Below, piece after piece: positions 8,772-16,210 of a DNA stretch of 64,000 nt. This DNA comes from Armatimonadota bacterium. GTDB taxonomy: Bacteria; Armatimonadota; Zipacnadia; UBA1398; JAKPQA01. A program made the position numbers and the translations under genes. Under the pieces are notes generated by a model, which did no database searches, was not told where the DNA came from, and saw only the letters and a program-made list of their open reading frames with translations. The stretch is from positions 1,263 through 65,262 of the forward strand of contig JAKPQA010000319.1 of the NCBI GenBank assembly GCA_029547025.1, written 5' to 3'. Every line of letters begins with the position of its first letter. Positions within the stretch are counted from its first letter, which is position 1.

Positions 8772-10406
8772 CTAGCGGTCTCTGAGGGGCGCGGTGAGCC
8801 GGTCGAAGAACCCCGGCCTCTGCTGGGCGGCTGGCTTCACGTACATGTCGTAAAGGTGCTCGCGATAGCTGGGGGAGAGATCGGCCGGGTCGAGGTGCCG
8901 AACGGCCTCAGACCACTCGTTGGCGTCGCGCTTCAGCAGAGCCGCCAGGCGCTGGCGCTCGAGGTCGAGGGACTCGCGGTCGGTCCCCTGGGGCTCGACC
9001 CGATAGATCTGGTGCGGGCATAGGCGGTCTGCCAGTCCCAGGGCCGCACCGCGCATGTTCTGCTTGAGGAAGTCGAGCGCCCCGGCGTCGCTGCAGGTGC
9101 CGGCACCGGCATCGACACGGTACGTGCGTCCGTTGACGAACGCATCGAAGCAGCCTGGCACCTGGACCTGTACGCTGGTGTCGGTGACCTTCGTGCCGAC
9201 CCCGGGATCGGGGAGGAAGCGCGGGATGATCCAGCTCCCGATGCCGCATTCGACCGGCCAGACCGCGTCCACACGAGGGTTCAGGGCGTAGAAGGGAGTC
9301 ACGGAGGCGCCCTTCAGCGCGAAGGGGTCGAGGAGGCTCACGACGATGCCGGCGCCGTTGCCCGACACCGGCACCACGTCCTTCCCGATTGTGGCCTCGC
9401 TCAGGATCCAGTAGACGACCAGGCGGTCGCGCGCCAGCCCGGGCACTCGGGTGATGCCGTTGATCTTGGTCTTGCTCTGATCCACTGGGAACGACCAGCC
9501 CACGTTGGTTAGGGTCGCCATGTAGCGCAGCGGCTCGCGGTCGCTTCTCGAGTCGTACGCGAAGACGCACAGCCCCGACAGATCGCCCTCACGCGACCGC
9601 CACCACACGATGGCGCGAGGCAGATCGTTCGGGTCCCTCGACTCGGCCACGCCAAGCTGGCGGATGATGAGCTGGTCACCCCCGAGGATCGCCTGGGGGA
9701 TGAAGTCGGCCACATCGGCCGGCACGAGGAAGTCGAACCGATTGGTGCGCTGCGACCAGCGGACCAGGTGCAACCGGCCACCCGGGCGATGGGGCGACAG
9801 GGAGCCGATGAGCACGTCACGATGCCGGGGATCGGCCGATGGCAGCACGATCGCCGCGGAGGGCCCGGGCGGGCTGGGATAGTGAAGCATGCCTGGCGTT
9901 TCGAACGCCTCGGGCTCCGGCGCCAGATCGACGGCGCCGGTGGCCGTGTAGACCCTGGCCACGGCGTTCTCGGCTTCGCCGAAGATGCCAGCAGAGAAGG
10001 GCTTGCGGTCCAGATCCTGCCGCGTGAGGAACCCGCCGCCCGAGACGATGGGCACCATCAGGCCGAGCACGAGAAGCACGGCGGCCACGGCGTACGCCAC
10101 GCGCAAGCGTGGCACCTCGGGCAGCGAGACATGGAGGACGGACGCCAGCCGCGACCTGAGCCCGCGCCGGGCGATGCGTTCCTGATAGAGCTCGCGCGCG
10201 CGCTTGGCACACGCCTCGCACCCGCGGATGTGGCCGTAGGCGGCGTGGGCCGTGTCCAGATCGGCCAGGCCGCGGAGGACCAGCAGGATCACTTCCGGGG
10301 CGACGTGCCCTGTGGCCTGAGCATTCGAGCGGTGGCTGGCGTCGGTCACGGCGCGTCCCACCCCCTCAACGCCCCCCGGCACTTCTTGAGGAACCGCGCA
10401 TACCAC
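8772..10406 (-). CDS. Anti-sigma factor (zf-HC2-type N-terminus, one TM, large periplasmic domain)
   Basis: ILLVLRGLADLDTAHAAYGHIRGCEACAKRAREL fits the zinc-finger anti-sigma motif (..yldgeL......v..HL..C..C). A TM segment VAYAVAAVLLVLGLMVPIV follows. The gene lies immediately downstream of, and overlaps, the ECF sigma gene. The true start is probably a few codons inside the ORF-track call. Confidence 0.55.
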   Translation of the reverse strand: MVCAVPQEVPGGVEGVGRAVTDASHRSNAQATGHVAPEVILLVLRGLADLDTAHAAYGHIRGCEACAKRARELYQERIARRGLRSRLASVLHVSLPEVPRLRVAYAVAAVLLVLGLMVPIVSGGGFLTRQDLDRKPFSAGIFGEAENAVARVYTATGAVDLAPEPEAFETPGMLHYPSPPGPSAAIVLPSADPRHRDVLIGSLSPHRPGGRLHLVRWSQRTNRFDFLVPADVADFIPQAILGGDQLIIRQLGVAESRDPNDLPRAIVWWRSREGDLSGLCVFAYDSRSDREPLRYMATLTNVGWSFPVDQSKTKINGITRVPGLARDRLVVYWILSEATIGKDVVPVSGNGAGIVVSLLDPFALKGASVTPFYALNPRVDAVWPVECGIGSWIIPRFLPDPGVGTKVTDTSVQVQVPGCFDAFVNGRTYRVDAGAGTCSDAGALDFLKQNMRGAALGLADRLCPHQIYRVEPQGTDRESLDLERQRLAALLKRDANEWSEAVRHLDPADLSPSYREHLYDMYVKPAAQQRPGFFDRLTAPLRDR

Positions 10407-11026
10407 GAACGCCCGGTGTTCTCATTGACGCCCAGCATCCTGCTGGCCTCGGCCTCGTCCCAATCCTCGATGAGCACCAGGTGCAGGAACGCCCGCCGAT
10501 TCTCGGTCTCGCCGAGTATCAGGTCCCTCAGGCGCTGGCGCACGGCGCGGTCGATGACCTCGTCGGAAGGGTTAGCCTCACCCGATGGTTCATCCCACCC
10601 GGGCGGAAGGGCCCCGGCGATCCTCTTCTCTCTTCTGCGGATGATAAGGTCTATGGCGCGGCGTTCGAGGATCCGCCAGAGGAGGGGTACTGTGTTTCCT
10701 GGCGTCCTCCTACGCCACACGAGGCCGTCGCCACGCGCCTGGCTCTCGAGCTTCCCACAAGCCTCGACGAAGGCTTGATCGAACAGGCCGTCGGCGTCGG
10801 CTTGGGTCAGCGCCCCGCGCCAACCGCTCACCAGGCGGCGCACCAGCCCTCGCTCAGCGCCCTGGAGGAGCGCAAAGACTCGCGCGCGTTCCCTCTCACA
10901 TACAGTATCGTCTAGCGTGCCCAGTTCCGTTGCACTCCCCCAGCGGATGGTCGCAGTTTCGCATGAGTGGGGCTTCTCTCCTGCGCGGCCGAGAGGCGGC
11001 TGAAGCCGCGGCCGCGAACACGCCAT
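10346..11026 (-). CDS. ECF (extracytoplasmic function) RNA polymerase sigma factor
   Basis: Region 2 is LVRRLVSGW...ADADGLFDQAFVEA...LLWRILERRAIDLIIRRR and region 4 is RRAFLHLVLIEDWDEAEASRMLGVNENTGRSWYARFLKKCRGAL. The start is set at the only in-frame ATG (11026) before region 2. This leaves only ~22 nt to the divergent gene at 11049, so the start is uncertain. Confidence 0.7.
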   Translation of the reverse strand: MACSRPRLQPPLGRAGEKPHSCETATIRWGSATELGTLDDTVCERERARVFALLQGAERGLVRRLVSGWRGALTQADADGLFDQAFVEACGKLESQARGDGLVWRRRTPGNTVPLLWRILERRAIDLIIRRREKRIAGALPPGWDEPSGEANPSDEVIDRAVRQRLRDLILGETENRRAFLHLVLIEDWDEAEASRMLGVNENTGRSWYARFLKKCRGALRGWDAP

Positions 11027-11048
11027 TCCCGGCCTCGACTCGGCCGGC

Positions 11049-12170
11049 GTGAGGGGGTTGCGACCCATGGCGTGGGGCACGACTGTACGCACGACTCTCG
11101 CGGGGCTGCCACTTGCCTTGGCCGCATCCGGAGCGGTCTCGGCCGGGCCTAGCGGCGGCGGGAACCCGTTGTTCTTCGAGACGCGGGGCCTGGTGGCGTT
11201 CCCGAGCGAGATCGCGGCGTTGGGCCTCCCGCAGCGGGCCCACGACCTTGGGCTCAACTCCATCGATGCCGCCTACGTCGACTGGCTGGCCAAGGACGCC
11301 GCGGGCCGCGAGTTCGTCAACCAGTGCCGCCGGCTCGACATCGACGTGGTCTACGCGTTCCACGTGGTCTCCGGCTGCCTGCCGCGGTCGCTGTTCGCCG
11401 AGGATCCCTCGATGTTCCGCATGAACGAGAAGGGCGAGCGCACGCCCGACGCCAATCTGTGCGTGCACTCCGAACGGGCCCTTGAGATCCTCTGTGAGAA
11501 CGCCATGGAGTACGTGGGCACATTCTACCCCGCGTCTCACCGCTACTACCTCTGGGGTGACGACAGCCGCTCCTGGTGCCACTGTCCGAAGTGTAGCCAA
11601 CTGTCCGCGAGCGACCAGGCACTCATCATGGAGAACCGCCTGCTCGCGGCGCTGCGGCAGGTCGACCCGCGAGCCGAGGTGTCTCACCTGGCCTATCTGG
11701 CCACGCTGGAAGCCCCCACTCGGGTGAAGCCCGAGCCGGGCGTCTTCCTCCAGTTCGCGCCCATCGAACGCACCACTACGAAGCCGCTGTCGGATACCGA
11801 TGCCTTCGACCCCAACTACAACCTGAAGCATGGCGAGATCGTGGCGGCGCTCGATGCCAACCTCGATGTCTTCGGGCGCGACGGTGCCGAGGTGCTCGAG
11901 TACTGGCTGGATGAGTCGCGGCAAGCCCGGTGGGACCGCACGAACCTGGCGCCGTTGCGGTGGAACCGTGAGAGCTTCCTCGAGGACCTGCGCGTATATG
12001 CCCGGGCGGGTATCCGGCGCATCCGCACCTACGCGGCCTGGATCGACGAGGAGTACGTGACTCGTTTCGGGATCCCGGAAGCCTTGGCCGAGTACGCTGA
12101 GGGTCTCCGGCGCTGGCGGTGGGTGAACGGGAGCCCCATCGAGAGGCGCGCCCCGGCAGCGCGCCCTTGA
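11049..12170 (+). CDS. Secreted hypothetical protein (possibly DUF4838/glycoside-hydrolase-like)
   Basis: The signal peptide is MRGLRPMAWGTTVRTTLAGLPLALAASGAVSA. The conserved-looking core HRYYLWGDDSRSWCHCPKCSQLS suggests a DUF4838-like family, recalled from memory only. There are no catalytic motifs I can name. Confidence 0.45.
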   Translation: MRGLRPMAWGTTVRTTLAGLPLALAASGAVSAGPSGGGNPLFFETRGLVAFPSEIAALGLPQRAHDLGLNSIDAAYVDWLAKDAAGREFVNQCRRLDIDVVYAFHVVSGCLPRSLFAEDPSMFRMNEKGERTPDANLCVHSERALEILCENAMEYVGTFYPASHRYYLWGDDSRSWCHCPKCSQLSASDQALIMENRLLAALRQVDPRAEVSHLAYLATLEAPTRVKPEPGVFLQFAPIERTTTKPLSDTDAFDPNYNLKHGEIVAALDANLDVFGRDGAEVLEYWLDESRQARWDRTNLAPLRWNRESFLEDLRVYARAGIRRIRTYAAWIDEEYVTRFGIPEALAEYAEGLRRWRWVNGSPIERRAPAARP

Positions 12171-12194
12171 GTGCGCCACGAGCCGTGCCCCGGA

Positions 12195-12785
12195 CTACTC
12201 CTGCCGCTCGATCATGAAGTACAGCCAGATGCCCACGGGCACCACGAAGATGACGGCAAGCCACCACATGGGGCTTCCGCGGTCCTGGATGTCCAGGTAT
12301 GCCCAGACCTGGACGAGGAGGTACGGCACGACCATCGAGCCCCAGAACACCACGCCACTGGCCTCGATGCCGAACTTCATGATGATGATGGGCACGAGCG
12401 CCGCAAGCAGCCACAGCACACCGGGGATGATGGCCCAGCCGGCACCCATCGCCTCAATGAACCGGCTCAGAGGCGCCAGTTCGGCCTCTTCCACGTTCTC
12501 GAGTGACTTGGCGACGGGCTCGTAGTCCCACGGGGCCCGGCCTGAGAGTGGGTCGACGGCGCGAGGCGCGGGGGCTGCGGGCTTGGCGGTCTCGGCCCGG
12601 GGAGGGCCGCTGGCTGTGGCTTTTGGCTGCCCCCGGGGCGGAGGTGGTGGCCCTGGGTTGCCGGCCATCAGCGACAGGTGCGGTGCGTGGGCTGCCACGG
12701 GGCAGGCCCATGCAGGTTGGAGGATTCCGAGAGGGGGCGTGCTGGCGGGCCATGGCGGTCGGTGGGACTGCCGGAGGAGCCACAT
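12195..12785 (-). CDS. Small membrane protein with Pro-rich N-terminus and PLD-nuclease-N-terminal-like (PLDc_N) TM domain
   Basis: The C-terminus IIPGVLWLLAALVPIIIMKFGIEASGVVFWGSMVVPYLLVQVWAYLDIQDRGSPMWWLAVIFVVPVGIWLYFMI resembles the short two-TM PLDc_N family (W..Y...D.....W). The N-terminus is PPPP-rich. The start may be the internal MAGNPG. Confidence 0.4.
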   Translation of the reverse strand: MWLLRQSHRPPWPASTPPLGILQPAWACPVAAHAPHLSLMAGNPGPPPPPRGQPKATASGPPRAETAKPAAPAPRAVDPLSGRAPWDYEPVAKSLENVEEAELAPLSRFIEAMGAGWAIIPGVLWLLAALVPIIIMKFGIEASGVVFWGSMVVPYLLVQVWAYLDIQDRGSPMWWLAVIFVVPVGIWLYFMIERQE

Positions 12786-12934
12786 GCCTCCCCACCTCCT
12801 GAACCGGAAGGAGATGAGCGTGAGGCGCTACACGCCGCCGAGCTGTTCGCCGGGTTGTCGCACTCTCCCTACCGGGAGAAGCAGTCGGGCCGGCGCGAGC
12901 TGGATGGCGCCGGCCCATGGCTCACAAGTTAGGT

Positions 12935-13312
12935 CTAGGAACTGCACTCGCTTGGAACGAGCCGATTGCAGATCTCCAGGATCTCCTCGGGGTCGAAGGG
13001 CTTCACCACATGCAGCTCGACGCCCAGGTCGTAGAGCGCCCGGGTGTAGCCGTTGCCGTTCTGCACCGTGACCATCACCACTGGGATCGGCTGTGTCTCC
13101 GGACTGGCCTTGAGCGCGCGGAGGGTACTCGAGCCGTCCAGCAGAGGCATCATCTCATCGAGTAGGATCAGATCCGGATGGATCTCGTGGGCCGCGATGA
13201 GCCCGTGTGCGCCATCCTGGGCCACGAACACCTCGTGGCCTCCAGACCCGAGAACGACCTGGAGTATCCGCGTGATGGCCCGATCGTCATCGATGACCAG
13301 GATCTTCGCCAT
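12935..13312 (-). CDS. Single-domain response regulator (CheY-like receiver)
   Basis: MAKILVIDDDRAITRILQVVLGSGGHEVFVAQDGAHGLIAAHEIHPDLILLDEMMPLLDGSSTLRALKA...PVVMVTVQ...HVVKPFDPEEI has the phospho-acceptor Asp, T/K residues and an REC fold. The internal ATG at 13312 is used as the start. Confidence 0.8.
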   Translation of the reverse strand: MAKILVIDDDRAITRILQVVLGSGGHEVFVAQDGAHGLIAAHEIHPDLILLDEMMPLLDGSSTLRALKASPETQPIPVVMVTVQNGNGYTRALYDLGVELHVVKPFDPEEILEICNRLVPSECSS

Positions 13313-13618
13313 GATACCCCGCCTTGCGCGTGCTTCAACGATTGCAAGCCAAAGAGCAAACAACACCAATCAATGATATCACAAACCCACTCCGGAGTCC
13401 GCGCGGAGCCACAGACATCCTCGCACCAACTCGACCGCCGGAGTTTTCGCCATCACGTGGGCAGTCACCCCCTTCGCGGCGCAAATGCTCCCACCCGCCG
13501 ATTCGACGATGCCTTGTTCCCCTTATACCCCATCGCCCACAGACCTAAGCGCGCGTGGCCCCGCTCCGCGCGTGCGGGCCTCGAACACGTCGTGTACGTA
13601 GGGAGGCCCCTGCGCCAG

Positions 13619-14065
13619 CTACGGCGACCGTTTCCCCGCCATCGACCGCATGACCTCGAGTGCCTGCCGCGTCTGTTGAAGTTCGAGTTCCTTCTGCGCC
13701 CGCTCCGGAGAGCCGGGTGGGAGCTTCTCGACCTCGGCCTCCAGACGCTTGATGTCGGCCGAACCGGCCCGGGTGGCCTCTTCCATGCCCTGCTGGAAGC
13801 CCTGGCGTGCCAGCACTCCACAAGTGATGCACCCGCCGATGCATACCAGCAGCAGGACCCCGATGACGATCAGCACGATGAGCAACGTCCGATTACCGCT
13901 GCCCTCGGAGGGTGGCGGCGTGTAGTACTGCCCGGGACCGGGTGGCGGGGGAGGAGGGGGCGCAGTGGGTGGAGTCGACACGGTGAACCTCCTCGATGCG
14001 CTGGGCCGTCCACTCAGGATTCGGGATGGCGACGGCTGATCCTCCGCCTGAGTTGGCCAGCGCAT
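13619..14065 (-). CDS. Pro-rich bitopic membrane protein (hypothetical)
   Basis: TAPPPPPPPGPGQYYTPPPSEG is followed by a TM segment LLIVLIVIGVLLLVCIGGCITCGVL and a coiled-coil-like tail. The ORF-track start (14185) would overlap the divergent oxidoreductase start, so I chose an internal Met. The gene is weakly supported. Confidence 0.3.
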   Translation of the reverse strand: MRWPTQAEDQPSPSRILSGRPSASRRFTVSTPPTAPPPPPPPGPGQYYTPPPSEGSGNRTLLIVLIVIGVLLLVCIGGCITCGVLARQGFQQGMEEATRAGSADIKRLEAEVEKLPPGSPERAQKELELQQTRQALEVMRSMAGKRSP

Positions 14066-14177
14066 GAACACCAGGGGCGAAGGCGAGGGACGACGAACGA
14101 GCGCCGGCCGCCTGGCAGGCCCTGGGGCGGATCGAGCCGAAGAGAATACTCCACATAACCCGACAGGAGTCACCCTG

Positions 14178-15173
14178 ATGCGCATTGGTGTCGTTGGACT
14201 GGCCGGTATCGGGGCCCATCATCTCCGCGTGTTCGCCGGGATGAACGAGTTCGAGCTTGTGGCCGCGTGTGACATCAACCCGGCGGTGCTGGAGGAGCGC
14301 ACCCGCGATATGGCGGTGGCCCGGTACAGCGATGCCGAGGCAATGATGGATCGAGAGCGGCTCGATGCCGTCAGCCTGTGCACGCCGCCGAAGGTCCATG
14401 TGCCGCACACGGAACTCGCCGCGCGGCGCGGGATTCACGTGCTCGTCGAGAAGCCCATGGCGCCCACGCCCGAAGCCTGCCAGGTGATGATCGACGCCTG
14501 CGCCGCCGGTGGGGTCGTTCTCATGGTGGCCCACAAGAAACGCTATGTGCCCGCGGTGGCCCGACTCCGCGAGCTGATCGACACCGAACTGGGGCGACCC
14601 GAGGTGCTCTACCATCGCTATCCGCATCCGTGGATGTCCGAAGCCGAGTGGTTCTGGGCCGAGGACGACGGCGGCGGGCCACTGCTCGAGAATGCGGTTC
14701 ACGCCGCCGATACGGTCCGCTTCCTGCTGGGAGACATCGAGCGGCTCTATGCCGAGGGTGACGTGTTCAACGCCCCCAGGCGCGCGCCCCAGCTCAACTG
14801 TGCCGTCTACACGGTGCGCGCCACCAGCGGCGCCATCGGGATGATCGGCGCTGGCATGATCGGCACGCCCAGCCCGGGTCTGGCCTTCGAGGACTTCTAC
14901 ATCGCCTGCGAGCATGGCACCGCGCAGGTCTCGGGCGACTTCGACAATCCCGCCCACCTGCGCTATGCGCTCCGCGCCCGGCCGGCTGAGGTGCACTCGG
15001 AATCCTTCACCGACGGCGATCCCTTCGCGGCCGAGTTCCGCCACTTCGCCGAATGCGTTCGCGAGGGAAAGGAGCCGCTGACGAGCGGCAGCGAGGGCAA
15101 GAAGGCCATCGAGTTGTGCATGGCAGTGAAGCAATCGGCCCGAACCGGTCAGCCAGTCGTGCTACCCGTCTAG
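14178..15173 (+). CDS. Gfo/Idh/MocA-family NAD(P)-dependent oxidoreductase
   Basis: MRIGVVGLAGIGAHHLRVFAGMNEFELVAACDINPAVLEE is the Rossmann N-terminus typical of the family, followed by EKPMAPT. The ATG at 14178 is preceded by AGGAG. Confidence 0.8.
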   Translation: MRIGVVGLAGIGAHHLRVFAGMNEFELVAACDINPAVLEERTRDMAVARYSDAEAMMDRERLDAVSLCTPPKVHVPHTELAARRGIHVLVEKPMAPTPEACQVMIDACAAGGVVLMVAHKKRYVPAVARLRELIDTELGRPEVLYHRYPHPWMSEAEWFWAEDDGGGPLLENAVHAADTVRFLLGDIERLYAEGDVFNAPRRAPQLNCAVYTVRATSGAIGMIGAGMIGTPSPGLAFEDFYIACEHGTAQVSGDFDNPAHLRYALRARPAEVHSESFTDGDPFAAEFRHFAECVREGKEPLTSGSEGKKAIELCMAVKQSARTGQPVVLPV

Positions 15174-15181
15174 GTTGTGAC

Positions 15182-16063
15182 GTGTTGCCCTCGGCCGCCG
15201 AGATCGATGCATTCTGGGAGCGGCGTCTCGCGGTGCTGGCGGAGACACCCCCCGAGCCTCGGCTCGTTCCGGCGCCCGAGTGGTCGACGGATGCCGTGCA
15301 TACCAGTCGGGTGACGCTGCGGAGCGCCGGCGGGGTCGATGTGTGCGGCTGGCTGTGTGTTCCTCGCCATGGGCCGCGTCCGCTCCCGGCCATCATCGAG
15401 TTCCCCGGCTATGATGGTGCCGGCCAGCCGCCGATCGGCGCCGCCGCTCGTGGCGTGGTCGCTCTGCACCTGGCCCCGCGAGGGCAGGGCATCAGCGCGG
15501 CTCACTATCACCTGCCCGAGGGCCAGCAGATCTGCCTCGGCCTCGAGAGCCCTCAGACTCACTACTACGGCTGGGCCTTCTGCGATGCGGTCCGCGGCGT
15601 TGATCTCCTCGAATCGCTCTCCGAAGTCGATGCGCGGCGCATCGCCGCCCAGGGCGGCAGTCAGGGCGGCGGGCTCGCGCTGGCACTGGCCGCCCTCGAC
15701 CCTCGCGTGCGGGTTGTGGCGGCTGCGGTGCCCTTCCTGTGCGGGTTCGAGCGAGTCATCGATGCCCGGTCGGATCCCCTCTGCCGGATCGCCCGGGCAC
15801 TGGCAACGCCCGGCGCACCCACCCGCGAGCGGGCCCTCGCCACACTGGCCCACATCGATGTCGTCCGCCTGGCGCCCCGAATCCGGTGCCCCGTGCTCAT
15901 GAGCATCCACGATGACGATGACGTCTGCCCCGGTGTGGCGATCGCGGCGGCCTTCGACTGTATCCCCACTCGGCGGATGCTCATTCGCTATCCCGGGCTC
16001 GGCCACTGCGGGAACATCGACTTCGCGCGCCGCGCATGGAGCTGGATCGAGGAGCACTGGTGA
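15182..16063 (+). CDS. Acetylxylan esterase / cephalosporin-C deacetylase (CE7, AXE1 family)
   Basis: IIEFPGYDGAGQP, the nucleophile motif GGSQGGGLALALAAL (GxSQG) and a C-terminal HxxxGH-like GLGHCG are present. The GTG start lies 9 nt after the upstream stop. Confidence 0.75.
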   Translation: MLPSAAEIDAFWERRLAVLAETPPEPRLVPAPEWSTDAVHTSRVTLRSAGGVDVCGWLCVPRHGPRPLPAIIEFPGYDGAGQPPIGAAARGVVALHLAPRGQGISAAHYHLPEGQQICLGLESPQTHYYGWAFCDAVRGVDLLESLSEVDARRIAAQGGSQGGGLALALAALDPRVRVVAAAVPFLCGFERVIDARSDPLCRIARALATPGAPTRERALATLAHIDVVRLAPRIRCPVLMSIHDDDDVCPGVAIAAAFDCIPTRRMLIRYPGLGHCGNIDFARRAWSWIEEHW

Positions 16064-16210
16064 GGTAGAACGATGCTGCCAAGCGCCGCGGTGGTGCCGG
16101 TCGACCCTCCCCGGTCCGCAATCGACGGGGCGAGCGGACACAGCAGTTGGGCGCTGGGCTCGGGCGGTGCACACTGATTGGGATCCATGCAGATCGCTCG
16201 GAGGTAGCCG

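Noticed and set aside
8908-9570. Multiple long ORFs on both strands inside the anti-sigma gene region (8908-9570, 8933-9274, 9509-9820, 9768-10778, 9817-10221)
   Set aside because: All overlap the anti-sigma ORF, which has a recognisable zf-HC2 motif and TM. They translate to R/P/A-rich low-complexity sequence.
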